Positions 12,162-25,900 of a stretch of DNA of 64,000 nt are shown in pieces. Source of the stretch: Octopus vulgaris (lineage: Eukaryota); contig OX597814.1 of NCBI GenBank assembly GCA_951406725.2, forward strand, positions 107,694,001 through 107,758,000. The letters run 5' to 3'. The translations under genes and the position numbers were made by a program. A model generated the notes under the pieces. The model was given only the letters and a program-made list of their open reading frames with translations. It had not been told where the DNA came from and did no database searches. Numbering within the stretch: position 1 is the stretch's first letter; the number at the start of each line of letters is the position of its first letter.

Positions 12162-12263
12162 ATTCTTAATTTATATGTCGCATGAGACTATGTTATTTTG
12201 TCTAAAGCAGTTTCAAACTACAGCACTTGACAGCTTCTAGCTTCACACATCCACGCACGTACA
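12162..12263 (+). repeat. Left arm of a 102-bp inverted repeat enclosing the Helitron-satellite block
   Basis: Its reverse complement matches 35889-35990 with 7 mismatches and no gaps (manual alignment). Confidence 0.9.
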
Positions 12264-12316
12264 TGATTGTGTAACTCCTGTTCTTTGTCATGAATTAACT
12301 GATATATATATATATA

Positions 12317-12700
12317 CTAGCAGTATCGCCCGGCGTTGCTCGGGTTTGTAAGGGAAATAACTATGAAGCATTTTTAGGGAGTTATAGCAAAAAAATGCAT
12401 TAAAAATGGAAAAAAATTATAGTAAATTTTTTTTAAATCGTTGACTCATCGTAGACATTTTTAGAGAGTTACTTCCCTTATATAATAGCAAAAAAATGCA
12501 TTAAAATGGAAAAAAATGATGGTAAATTATTTTTAAAATCGTAGACTCATCGTAGACGCGCGCTAATACCCAGAAGGGCTAGATATGAATCACGACTATA
12601 AGATACCCGGTTTTGGTTAAACTGCACCGCAAAATGTGGGAGTAGTTAGGAATCTAAATCGTAGGAGACAGACACACAACTTCACTTTTATATATAAAGA
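12317..12700 (-). mobile_element. Non-autonomous Helitron (copy B, short)
   Basis: 5' TC at 12700-12699, hairpin CCCGAGCAACGCCGGG and 3' CTAG at 12317; homologous to 701-1337. Confidence 0.85.
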
Positions 12701-13215
12701 TTTGTGCAACAACTAAAACATTCGGTTGTGCAAATTGTTTGCACAGGAAACCTGCCCTGTGTGGCGGTTTTTGCCGTTTTTGTGGATCTGTTTCAGCTTT
12801 TTTACCGATTTCTGTTTTGGCGACTTCAAGCCATGAAGTCGTTGTTCTAAAAGAACGCTGGTCTCCTTGACAACGCTTTACGACGTTGATTTCCTTACAC
12901 TCCCTTCCCTACAGCTTCACGAGGGAGGGAAGAAGGGGGAGAAGCAACACAGATGCAGGTGTGAGCATGGACGCCGACTCCGCCGCCATCGACACACGAA
13001 AAAAATATGCGTTAAAATGGAAAAAAATTATGGTAAATTATTTTTAAAATCGTAGACTCATCGTAGACGCGCGCTAATACCCAGACGGGCTCGATATGAA
13101 TCACGACTATAAGATACCCAAAATTGGTTAAACTGCATCGCAAAATGTGGGAGTAGTTAGGAATCTAAATCGTAGGAGACAGACACTCACACAACTTCAC
13201 TTTTATACATATAGA
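12701..13215 (-). mobile_element. Helitron copy C (5' end and body, no CTAG terminus of its own)
   Basis: 5' TC at 13215; body homologous to copies A and D down to ~12808; then ~105 bp of different sequence abuts copy B. Confidence 0.75.
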
Positions 13216-13227
13216 TATATATAGATA

Positions 13228-13733
13228 CTAGCAGTATCGCCCGGCGTTGCTCGGGTTTGTAAGGGAAATAACTATATAAGCATTTTTAGAGAGTTACTTC
13301 CCTTATAAATTCGGGCTTTCTTAGCCATTTTTGTTTTGGTGTCTTCAAGCCATGAAGTAGTTGTTCTAAAAGAACGCTGGTTTCCTTCACAACGCATTAC
13401 GACGTTGATTTCTTTACACTCCCTTCCCCACAGCTTCACGAGGGAGGGAAGGGGGAGAAGCAAACAGGTGCAGCTGTGAGCGTGGACGCCAACTCCGCCG
13501 CCATCGACACACGATGCATTTTATGCATTAAAATGGAATAAAAAATGATGTTAAATTATTTTTAAAATCGTAGACTCATCGTTGACGCGCGCTAATAGTC
13601 AGACGGGCTCGATATGAATCACGACTATAAGATACCCGAATTTGGTTAAACTGCACCGCAAAATGTGGGAGGAGTTAGGAATCTAAATCGAAGGGGACAG
13701 ACACTCACACAACTAGAGTTTTATATATATAGA
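13228..13733 (-). mobile_element. Non-autonomous Helitron (copy D)
   Basis: 5' TC at 13733, hairpin plus CTAG at 13228; homologous to copy A. Confidence 0.85.
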
Positions 13734-13764
13734 TATATAGGTCTTATGCTATATGCGCACATAT

Positions 13765-13996
13765 ATGTGCGTGCGCGAACGTGAGCGTGCGCCTGCGCAA
13801 AAGTGTGACTGCGCATGCGCGAACGTCTGACTGCGCATGCGCGAAAGTGTGACTGCGCATCGCGAAAGTGTGACTGCGCATGCGCGAAAGTGACTGCGCA
13901 TGCGTGACGTGTGCATGCGCATGCGCGAAAGTGTGACTGCGCATGCGCGAACGCGCGCGAACGCGTGACTGCGCATGCACGAAAGTTTGAATGCGC
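13765..13996 (+). repeat. CpG-rich ~20-bp minisatellite GTGTGACTGCGCATGCGCGAA(A/C), left flank of the satellite
   Basis: About 10 degenerate units; the same unit in the same orientation occurs at 35259-35585. Confidence 0.9.
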
Positions 13997-16900
13997 ATTT
14001 GGGTTTGCCATTTCGCTTGGTTATTTGTGTTGGCTATTTGGGTTTGCTATTTGGCTCAGCTATTTGGCTTGGCTATTTGTGTTTGCTATTTGGCTTGGCT
14101 ATTTGGGTCGGCTTTTTCAGTTGGCTATTTGGGTTCGCTATTTGTGTTCCCTATTTGGGTTGGATATTGGGCTAGGCTATTTGGGTTTGCTATTTGGCTT
14201 GGCTATTTGTGTTTGCTATTTGGGTTGGCTATTTGGGTTTGCTATTTGGCTTGGCTATTTCGCTTAGCTATTTGGCTTGGCTATTTGGCTAGGCTATTTG
14301 GCTTGGCTATTTGGCTTGGCTATTTGGCTTGGCAATTTGGGTTGGCTATTTGTGTTTGCTATTTCGGTTGGCTATTTGGGTTTGCTTTTTGGCTTGGCAA
14401 TTTGGGTTGGCTATTTGGGTTGGCTTTTTCAGTTGGCTATTTGGCTTGGCTACTTGGGTTGACTACTTGGGTTTGCTATTTGTGTTGGCTATTTCGCTTA
14501 GCTATTTCGCTTAGCTATTTGGCTTGGCTATTTGGCTAGGCTATTTGGCTTGGCTATTTGGCTTGGCTATCTGGGTTGGCTATTTGGCTTGGCAATTTGG
14601 GTTGGCTCTTTGTGTTTGCTATTTCGGTTGGCTATTTGGGTTTGCTTTTTGGCTTGGCAATTTGGGTTGGCTATTTGGGTTGGCTTTTTCAGTTGGCTAT
14701 TTGGCTTGGCTACTTGGGTTGACTACTTGGGTTTGCTATTTGTGTTGGCTATTTCGCTTAGCTATTTCGCTTAGCTATTTGGCTTGGCTATTTGGCTAGG
14801 CTATTTGGCTTGGCTATTTGGCTTGGCTATCTGGGTTGGCTATTTGGCTTGGCAATTTGGGTTGGCTATTTGGCTTGGCTCTTTGTGTTTGCTATTTCGG
14901 TTGGCTATTTGGGTTTGCTTTTTGGCTTGGCAATTTGGGTTGGCTATTTGGCTTTGCTCTTTGGCTTGGCTATTTGGTTTGGCTATTTGGGTTGGCTATT
15001 TGTATTTCCTATTTGGGCTGGCTATTTGTATTTCCTATTTGGGTTGGCCATTTGGGCTATGTGGGTATGCTATTTGTGTTGGCTATTTGGATTCGCTATT
15101 TGGCTACGCTATTTGGCTTGGTTATTTGGCTTGGCTATTTGGGTTGGCTATTTGTGTTTCCTATTTGGGTTGGCTATTTGGCTAGGCTATTTGGGTTGGC
15201 TTTTTCAGTTGGCTATTTGGCGTGGCGATTTGGCTTGGCTATTTGGCTTGGCTATTTGTATTTCCTATTTGGGTTGGCTATTTGTATTTCCTATTTGGGT
15301 TGGCTATTTGGGTTGGCCATTTGGGTTAGCTATTTGGCTTGGCTATTTGGCTTGGCAATTTGGGTTGGCTATTTGGGTTGGCTCTTTGTGTTTGCTATTT
15401 CGGTTGGCTATTTGGGTTTGCTTTTTGGCTTGGCAATTTGGGTTGGCTATTTGGGTTGGCTTTTTCAGTTGGCTATTTGGCTTGGCTACTTGGCTTGGCA
15501 ATTTGGGTTGGCTATTTGGGTTGGCTCTTTGTGTTTGCTATTTCGGTTGGCTATTTGGGTTTGCTTTTTGGCTTGGCAATTTGGGTTGGCTATTTGGGTT
15601 GGCTTTTTCAGTTGGCTATTTGGCTTGGCTACTTGGGTTGACTATTTGGGTTTGGTATTTGGGTTGGCAATTTGGCTTTGCTATTTGGCTTGGCTATTTG
15701 TATTTCCTATTTGGGTTGGCTATTTGTATTTCCTATTTGGGTTGGCTATTTTGGTTTGCTATTTGGCTTGGCTATTAGTGTTGGCTATTTGGCTTGGTCA
15801 TTTGGCTTGGCTATTTGGGTTGGCTATTTGTGTTGGCTATATGTGTTTCCTATTTGGGTTGGCTATTTGGCTAAGCTATTTGGGTTAGCTATTTGGCTTG
15901 GCTATTTCGGTTGGCTATTTATGTTTGCTATTAGTATTGGCTATTTGGCTTAGCTATTTGGCAAGGCTATTCGGCTTGCTCATTTGGCTTGGCTATTTGG
16001 GTTGGCTATTTGTTTTTGCTATTTGGGTTGGCTATTTGAGTTGGCTATGTGTGTTTCCTATTTGGGTTGGATATTTGGCTTGGCTATTTGGCTAGGCTAT
16101 TTGGGTTGGCTATTTATGTTGGCTATTTGGGTTTGCTATTTGGCTTGGCTATTTGGGTTGGCTATTTGGGTTTGCTATTTGGGTTGGCTATTTGGGTTTG
16201 CTATTTGGGTTGGCTATTTGGGTTGGCTATGTGAGTATGCTATTTGTGTTGGCTATTTGGATTCGCTACGCTATTTGGCTTGGTTATTTGGCTTGGCAAT
16301 TGGGCTTGGCTATTTGTGTTGGCAATTTGTGTTGGCTATTTGGCTTGGCTATTTGGGTTGGCTATTTGGCTAGGCTATTTGGCTAGGCTATTTGGATTGG
16401 CTATTTGGGTTTGCTATTTAGCTTGGTTATTTGGGTTGGCTACTTGGGATGGCTATCTGAGTTGCCGATTTGGCTAGGCTATTTGGGTTGGCTATTTGGC
16501 TAGGCTATTTGGGTTTGCTATTTGTGTTTGCTGTTTGGGTTGGCTATTTGGCTTGGCTATTTGGTTTGCCTATTTGGCTTAGCTATTTGGCTAGGCGATT
16601 TGGCTTGGCTATTTGGCTTGGCAATTTGGGTTGACTATTTGTTTGCTATTTGTGTTGGCTATTTGGCTTGGCTATTTGGCTTGGCTATTTGGATTCACTA
16701 TTTGGCGACGCTATTTGGTTTGGTTATTTGGCTTGGCTATTTGGGTTGGCTATTTGGGTTTGCTATTTGGCTTGGCGATTGGGCTTGGCTATTTGGGTTG
16801 GCTATTTGGTTTAGCTATTTGGCTAGGCTATTTTGCTTGGTTATTTGGGTTGGTTATTTGGCTTGGCTATTTGGATTGGCTATGTGGGTTGGCTATTTGG

Positions 16901-19900
16901 GTTGGCTATTTGTGTTTGCTCTTTGGGTTGGCTATTTGGTTTGCCTATTTGGGTTGGCTATTTGGGTTGGCTATTTGAGATGACTATTTGGCTTCGCTAT
17001 TTGTCTTGGCTATTTGGGTTTGCTATTTGAGTTTGCCGATTTGGTTAACCTATTTGGGTTGGCTATTTGGGTTTGCTATTTGGGTTGGCTATTTGGGTTG
17101 GCTTTTTCAGTTGGCTATTTGGGTTGGCTGTTTGGGTTGGCTATTTTGCTTTGCTATTTGGCTTGGCTATTTGGGTTGGCTATTTGGATTGGGTTTTGGG
17201 TTGGCTATTTGGCTAGGCTTTTTGGGTTGGCTATTTGGGTTTGCTATTTGGGGTGGTTATTAGACTTGTCTATTTGGCTAGGCTATTTGTGTTGACTATT
17301 TCGGTTGGCTCTTTGGGTTTGCTATTTGGCTTGCCTATTTGGCTAGCCTATTTGGGTTGGCTATTGGCTGTGCTATTTGGGTTGGCTCTTTGGCTTGCCT
17401 ATTTTGTTTGCCTATTTTGGTTTGCTATTTGGCTTGACTATTTGGCTTGGCTTTTTGTGTGTGCTATTTGGGTTAGCTATTTGGCTTGGCTATTTGGCTA
17501 GTTTATTTGGGTTGGCTATTTAGGTTGGCTATTTGGGTTAGCTATTTGGATTGGCTATTTGGGTTGGCGATTTGGCTAGGCTATTTGTGTTGGTATTTGG
17601 GTTGGCTATTTGGGTTGGCTATTTGTATTTGCTATTTGGGTTGGCTTTTTGGCTTGGCTATTTGGCTAGGCTATTTTGGTTGGCTTTTTCAGTTGGCTTT
17701 TTGGCTTGGCTATTTGGGTTGGCTATTTGGGTTTGCTATTTGGCTTGGCTCTTTGTATTGGCTATTTGGGTATGCTATTTGTGTTGGCTATTTGGCTTAG
17801 CTTTTTGGCTAGACTTTTTTTCTTCGCATTTTGGGTTGGCTATTTGTGTTTGCTATTTGGGTTGGCTATTTGGCTTTGCTATTTGGTTTGGCTATTTGGG
17901 TTTGCTATTTGGCTTGGCTATTTGTGTTGGCAATTTCTGTTGGCTATTTGGCTAGATTATTTGGCTGGGCTTTTTGGCTTGGCTATTTGGCTTGACTATT
18001 TGGCTTGGCTATTTGGGTTTCCTTTTTGGGTTGGCTATTTGGCTTGGCGATTTAGCTAGGTTATTTGGGTGGGCCATTTGGGTTAGCTATTTGAGTTGGC
18101 TATTTGGATTGGCTATTTGGCTAGGCTATTTGGCTAGGTTATTTGGGTTGGCTATTTATGTTGACTATTTGTGTTGGCTATTTGGATTGGCTTTTTGTTT
18201 TGGCTATTTGGCTAGGCTATTTGGAATGTCTATTGGCTTGGCTATTTGGGTTGGATTTTTGGCTTGACTATTTGGCTACGCTATTTGGGTTGGCTATTTG
18301 GGTTTGCTATTTGAGATGACTATTTTGCTTGGCTATTTGGGATGGCTATTTGAGTTGCCGATTTGGTTAGGCTATTTGGATTGGCTATTTGTATTTCCTA
18401 TTTGGGTTGGCTATTTGGGTTGGCTATCTGGCTAGGCTATTTGGGTTGGCTATTTGGCTTGGCTATTTGGCTTTGCGATTTGGGTAGGTTATTTGGGTGG
18501 GCCATTTGGGTTAGCTATTTGAGTTGGCTATTTGGATTGGCTATTTGGCTAGGTTATTTGGGTTGGCTATTTATGTTGGCTATTTCGATTGGCTTTTTGT
18601 TTTGGCTATTTGGCTAGGCTATTTGGGTTGGCTATTTGGCTAGGCTGTAAGGCTTTGCTATTTGCTAGGATATTTGGGTTGGCTATTTGGGTTGGCTATT
18701 TGGCTTGACTATTTGGCTTGGCTATTTCCGTTTCCTATTTGGCTTGGCGATTTAGCTAGTTTATACTGGGTGGGCCATTTGGGTTAGCTATTTGAGTTTG
18801 CTATTTGGATTGGCTATTTGGCTAGGCTATTTGGCTAGGCTATTTGGGTTGGCTATTTGGCTAGGCTGTAAGGCTTTGCTATTTGCTAGGATATTTGGGT
18901 TGGCTATTTGGGTTGGCTATTTGGCTTGACTATTTGGCTTGGCTATTTCCGTTTCCTATTTGGCTTGGCGATTTAGCTAGTTTATACTGGCTGGGCCATT
19001 TGGGTTAGCTATTTGAGTTTGCTATTTGGATTGGCTATTTGGCTAGGCTATTTGGCTAGGCTATTTGGCTAGGTTATTTGAGTTGGCTATTTATGTTGAC
19101 TATTTGCGTTGTCTATTTGGCTTGGCTATTTGGGTTGGCTATTTGGCTTGGATTTTTGGCTTGACTATTTGGCTACGCTATTTGGGTTTGCTATTTGAGA
19201 TGACTATTTGGCTTGGCTATTTGGGATGGCTATTTGAGTTGCCGATTTGGTTAGGGTATTTGGGTTGGCTATTTGGGTTTGCTATTTAGGTTGGCTATTT
19301 GGGTTGGCTATTTGGGTTGGCTCTTTCAGTTGGCTATTTGGGTTGGCTGTTTGGGTTGGCTATTTTGCTTTGCTATTTGGCTTGGCTATTTGGGTTGGCT
19401 ATTTGGATTGGGTTTTTGGGTTGGCTATTTGGCTAGGCTTTTTGGGTTGGCTATTTGGGTTTGCTATTTGGGGTGGTTATTAGACTTGTCTATTTGGCTA
19501 GGCTATGTGTGTTGACTATTTCGGTTGGCTCTTTGGGTTGGCTATTGGCTGTGCTTTTTGGGTTGGCTCTTTGGCTTGGCTATTTTGTTTGCCTATTTTG
19601 GTTTGATATTTGGCTTGGCTTTTTGCGTTGGCTATTTGTGTGTGCTATTTGGGTTAGCTATTTGGCTTGGCTATTTGGCTAGTTTATTTGGGTTGGCTAT
19701 TTAGGTTGGCTATTTGGGTTAGCTATTTGGATTGGCTATTTGGGTTGGCGATTTGGCTAGGCTATTTGTGTTGGTATTTGGGTTGGCTATTTGGGTTGGC
19801 TATTTGTATTTGCTATTTGGGTTGGCTTTTTGGCTTGGCTATTTGGCTAGGCTATTTTGGTTGGCTTTTTCAGTTGGCTTTTTGGCTTGGCTATTTGGGT

Positions 19901-22900
19901 TGACTATTTGGGTTTGCTATTTGGCTTGGCTCTTTGTATTGGCTATTTGGGTATGCTATTTGTGTTGGCTATTTGGCTTAGCTTTTTGGCTAGGCTTTTT
20001 GGCTTCGCATTTTCGGTTGGCTATTTGTGTTTGCTATTTGGGTTGGCTATTTGGCTTTTCTATTTGGTTTGGCAATTTGTTGGTTGGCTATTTGTGTGTG
20101 CTATTTGGGTTAGCTATTTGGCTAGTTTATTTGGGTTGGCTATTTAGGTTGGCTATTTGGGTTAGCTATTTGGATTGGCTATTTGGGTTGGCTATTTGGC
20201 GAGGCTATTTGTGTTGGTATTTGGGTTGGCTATTTGGGTTGGCTATTTGTATTTGCTATTTGGGTTGGCTTTTTGGCCTGGCTATTTGGCTAGGCTATTT
20301 GGGTTGGCTTTTTCAGTTGGCTTTTTGGCTTGGCTATTTGGGTTGACTATTTGGGTTTGCTATTTGGCTTGGCTCTTTGTATTGGCTATTTGGGTATGCT
20401 ATTTGTGTTGGCTATTTGGCTTAGCTATTTGGGTTGGCTATTTGGCTTGGCATTTTGGGTTGGCAATTTGTGTTGGCGATTTCTGTTGCCTATCTGGCTA
20501 GGCTATTTGGGTTGTCTATTTGGCTTGGCTATTTGTGTTGGCGATTTCTGTTGGCTATCTGGCTAGGCTATTTGGGTTGTCTATTTGGCTTGGCTATTTG
20601 GGTTGGCTATTTGGCTTGGATGTTTGGCTTGACTATTTGGCTACGCTATTTGGGTTGGCTATTTGGGTTTGCTATTTGAGATGACTATTTGGCTTGGCTA
20701 TTTGGGATGGCTATTTGAGTTGCCGATTTGGTTAGGGTATTTGGGTTTGCTATTTGGGTTGGCTATTCGGGTTGGCTCTTTCAGTTGGCTATTTGGGTTG
20801 GCTATTTTGCTTTGCTATTTGGCTTGGCTATTTGGGTTGACTATTTGGATTGGGTTTTTGGGTTGGCTATTTGGGTCGTTTATTTGGGTTTGCTATTTGA
20901 GTTTGCTATTTGGCTTGGCTATTTGGGTTAACTATTTAGGTTGGCTATTTGTGTTCGCTATTTGGCTTGGCTATTTGGGTTTGCTATTTGGCTTGGCTAT
21001 TTTTCTTTGCTATTTGGGTTGGCTTTTTGGCTAGGCTATTTGGCTATGCCTATTTGGGTTGCCTATTTGGGTTGGCTATTTGTGTTTGCTATTTGGGGTG
21101 GTTATTAGACTTGTCTATTTGGCTAGGCTATGTGTGTTGACTATTTCGGTTGGCTCTTTGGGTTTGCTATTTGGCTTGCCTATTTGGCTAGCCTATTTGG
21201 GTTGGCTATTGGCTGTGCTTTTTGGGTTGGCTCTTTGGCTTGGCTATTTTGTTTGCCTATTTTGGTTTGATATTTGGCTTGGCTTTTTGTGTTGGCTATT
21301 TGTGTGTGCTATTTGGGTTCGCTATTTGGCTATTTGGCTTGGCTATTTGTGTTGGCGATTTCTGTTGGCTATTTGGCTTAGCTATTTGGCTTGGCTATTT
21401 GGCTAGCCTATTTGGGTTGGCTATTGGCTTTGCTATTTGGGTTGGCTATTTGGCTTGGCTATTTTGTTTAATATTAGTTTTGGGTATTTGGCTAGGCTAT
21501 TTGGCTTGGCTATTTGGGTTGGCTATTTGTGTTTGCTATTTGGCTTGGCAATTTAGTTGGCTATTTGTGTTTCCTATCTGGGATGGCTTTTTGGCTTGGC
21601 TATTTGGCTAGGATGTTTGGGTTGGCTATTTGGGTTGGCAATTTGGGTTTTCTATTTGGCTTGGCTATTTGGATTGGCTCTTTGGGTATGTTATTTGTGT
21701 TGGCTATTTGGCTTAGATTTTTGGCTAGGCTATTTGGCTTGGCATTTTGGGTTGCCTATTTGTGTTTGCAATGGCTATTTGGGTTCGCTATTTGGCATTT
21801 TGGGTTGGCTATTTGTGTTTGCTATTTGTTATGGCTTTTTGTATTTGCTCTTTGGCTTGGCTATTTGGCTTCGCTATTTGGGTTTGCTATTTGGCTTGGC
21901 TATTTGGGTTGGCAATTTGTGTTTTTGCTATTTGGCGTAGCTATTTGGCTAGACTATTTGGCTTGGCTATTTGGCTCGGTTATTTGGGTGGGCTATTTGC
22001 GTTGGCTATTTGAGTTGACTCTTTGGATTGGCTATTTGGCTAGGCTATTCGGCTAGGTTATTTGGGTTGGCTATTTATGTTGGCTATTTGAGTTGGCTAT
22101 TTGGATTGGCTTCTTGGGTTGGCTTTTTGACTAGGCTATTTGGGTTGTCTATTTGGCTTGGCTATTTGGGTTGGCTATTTGGGTTGGTTATTTGGGTTTG
22201 CTTTTTGGCTTGGCTATTTGGTTTGGCTATTTGTGTGTGATATTTGGCTTGGCTATTTGGCTATGTTATTTGGCTTGGCTATTTATGTTTGGATTGGCTT
22301 TTTGGGTTGGCTATTTGGCTAGGCTATTTGGGTTGGCTATTTGGGTTGGCTATTCGGGTTGGCTAATTGTGTTTCCTATTTGTGTTAGCTCTTTGGATTG
22401 GCTATTTGGATTGGCTATTTGGATTGGCTATATTGCTACGCTATTTGGGTTGGCTATTTGGCTTAGCTATTTGGTTTGCCTTTTGGGTTGGCTATTTGGG
22501 TTTGCTATTTGTGTTGGCTATTTTGCTTAGCTATTTGGCTAGGCTATTTGGCTTGGCAATTCGGGCTGACTATTTTTGTTTGGGTTGGCTATTTCGGTTG
22601 GCTATTTGGGTTAGCTATTTCGGTTGGCTATTTGGGTTTGCTATTAGTGTTGGCTATTTTGCTTATCTATTTGGCTAGGCTATTTGGCTTGGCTATTTGG
22701 CTTGGCTATTTGGCTTGGCTGTTTGGGTTGGCTATTTGAGTTTGCTATTTGGGTTTGCTATTTGGGTTGGCTATTTGGGTTGGCTCTTTGGGTTGGCTAT
22801 TTTGCTTTGCTGTTTGCGTTGGCTATTTGAGTTGCTGATTTGGCTAGGTTATTTGGGATGGCTATTTGGGTTGTCTATTTGAGTTGGCTCTTTGGCTTGC

Positions 22901-25900
22901 CCTTTTGGGTTGGCTATTTGGGTTGTCTATTTGGCTTGGCTATGTGGCTAGGCTATTTGGGTCGTTTATTTGTGTTTGCTATTTGAGTTGGCTATTTGGC
23001 TTGGCTATTTGGGTTGGCTATTTGAGTTGGCTATTTGGCTTGGCTTTTTGGGTTTGATATTTGGCTTGGCTATTTGGCTTGGCTATTTGTGTGTGCTATT
23101 TGGGTTAGCTATTTGACTTGGCTATTTGTCTAGGTTATATGGGTTGGCTTTTTGGGTTTGCTATTTGGCTTGGCTATTTGGCTAGGCTATTTGGGTTGGC
23201 TATTTGGCTAGGCTTTTTGGGTTGGCTATTTGGCTTGGTTATTTGTGTTTGCTATTTGGGTTGGCTATTTGGCTTGGCTATGTGGCTAGGCTATTTGGGT
23301 CGTTTATTTGGGTTTGCTATTTGAGTTGGCTATTTGGCTTGGCTATTTCAGTTGGCTACTTGGATTGGACTTTTGGGTTGGCTATTTGGCTTTGCTATTT
23401 GGGTTGGCTATTTGGGTTTGCTATTTGGGTTGGCTATTTGGCTTGGCTATTTGGTTTGCCTATTTGGTTTGTCTATTTGGCTTGGTTATGTGGCTAGGCT
23501 ATTTGGGTCGTTTATTTGGGTTTGCTATTTGAGTTGGCTATTTGGCTTGCCTATTTGGGTTGCCTATTTGGGTTTGCTATTTGTGTTTGCTATTTATGTT
23601 GGCTACTTGGGTTGGTTAATTGGGTTTGCTATTTGGGTTTGCTATTTGTGTTGGCTATTCGGCTTAGCTATTTGGCTAGGCTATTTTTGTTGGCTATTTG
23701 ACTTAGCAATTTGGCTAGGCTATTTGGCTTCGCTATTTAGCTAGGCTAATTGGGTTGGCGATTTGTGATTGCTATTTGGGTTGGCTATTTGGGTTTGCTA
23801 TTTGGCTTGGCAATTTGGCATAGCTATTTGGCTTGGCTATGTGGCTAGGCTATTTGGGTCGTTTATTTGGGTTTGCTATTTGAGTTGGCTATTTGGCTTG
23901 GCTATTTCAGTTGGCTACTTGGATTGGACTTTTGGGTTGGCTATTTGGCTTTGCTATTTCGGTTGGCTATTTGGCTTTGCTATTTGGGTTGGCTATTTGG
24001 GTTTGCTATTTGGGTTGGCTATTTGGCTTGGCTATTTGGTTTGCCTATTTGGTTTGTCTATTTGGCTGGGTTATGTGGCTAGGCTATTTGGGTCGTTTAT
24101 TTGGGTTTGCTATTTGAGTTGGCTATTTGGCTTGCCTATTTGGGTTGCCTATTTGGGTTTGCTATTTGTGTTTGCTATTTATGTTGGCTACTTGGGTTGG
24201 TTAATTGGGTTTGCTATTTGGGTTTGCTATTTGTGTTGGCTATTCGGCTTAGCTATTTGGCTAGGCTATTTTTGTTGGCTATTTGACTTAGCAATTTGGC
24301 TAGGCTATTTGGCTTCGCTATTTAGCTAGGCTAATTGGGTTGGCGATTTGTGATTGCTATTTGGGTTGGCTATTTGGGTTTGCTATTTGGCTTGGCAATT
24401 TGGCATAGCTATTTGGCTTGGCTATGTGGCTAGGCTATTTGGGTCGTTTATTTGGGTTTGCTATTTGAGTTGGCTATTTGGCTTGGCTATTTGGGTTAAC
24501 TATTTAGGTTGGCTATTTGTGTTCGCTATTTGGCTTGGCTATTTGGGTTTGCTATTTTGGTTGGCTTTTTGGGTTTGCTATTTGGCTTGGCTATTTGGCT
24601 AGGCTATTTGTGTTGGCTATTTGAGTAGCGTATTTGGGTTGGCTATTTGGGTTGGCTATTTGGGTTGGCTATTTGAGTTGGCTATTTTGGATTGGATTTT
24701 TGGGTTGGCTATTTGGCTTGGCTATTTGGGTTTGCCTAGTTGGTTTGTCTATTTGGCTTGACTATTTATGTTGGCTATTTGGGTTGGCTCTTTTGGTTGG
24801 CTATTTGACTTGGCTATTTGGGTTGGCTATTTGTGTGTGCTATTTGGGTTAGCTATTTGGCTTGGCTATTTTGCTAGGTTATATGTGTTGGCTATTTGGG
24901 TTTGCTATTTGAGTTGTCTTTTTGGGTTGGCTATTTGGCTTGGCTATTTGGCTTGGCTATGTGGCTAGGCTATTTGGGTTTGCTATTTGAGTTGAGGTAT
25001 TTGGCTTGGCTATTTGTGTTAACTATTTGGGTTGACTTTTTGAGTTGGCTATTTGGATTGGCTATTTGGGTTTGCTATTTGGCTTGGCTATTTTTCTTTG
25101 CTATTTGGGTTGGCTTTTTGGCTAGGCTATTTGGCTATGCCTATTTGGGTTGCCTATTTGGGTTGGCTATTTGTGTTTGCTATTTGGGTTGGCTATTTGG
25201 CTTGGCTATGTGGCTAGGCTATTTGGGTCGTTTATTTGGGTTTGCTATTTCAGTTGAGATATTTGGCTTGGCTATTTATGTTGGCTATATGAGTTGGGTA
25301 TTTGGATTGGCTTTTTGGGTTGGCTATTTGGCTAGGCTATTTGGGTTGGCTATTTGGGTTGCCTATTCGGGTTGGCTAATTGTGTTTCCTATTTGTGTTA
25401 GCTATTTGGTTTGCCTTTTGGGTTGGCTATTTGGGTTTGCTATTTGTGTTGGCTATTTGGCTTGGCTGTTTGGGTTGGCTATTTGAGTTTGCTATTTGGG
25501 TTTGCTATTTGGGTTGGCTATTTGGGTTGGCTCTTTGGGTTGGCTATTTTGCTTTGCTGTTTGCGTTGGCTATTTGAGTTGCTGATTTGGCTAGGTTATT
25601 TGGGATGGCTATTTGGGTTGTCTATTTGAGTTGGCTCTTTGGCTTGCCCTTTTGGGTTGGCTATTTGGGTTGTCTATTTGGCTTGGCTATGTGGCTAGGC
25701 TATTTGGGTCGTTTATTTGTGTTTGCTATTTGGGTTGGCTATTTGGCTTGGCTATTTGGGTTGGCTATTTGGCTTGGCTATTTGGCTTGGCTATTTGGGT
25801 TTGATATTTGGGTTGGCTATTTGGCTTGGCTATTTGTGTGTGCTATTTGGGTTAGCTATTTGGACTTGGCTATTTGTCTAGGTTATATGGGTTGGCTTTT

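Noticed and set aside
13721-14011. ORFs with HAQSHFRACA / RMRSHTFA repeats (also 35227-35661)
   Set aside because: Translations of the 20-bp minisatellite
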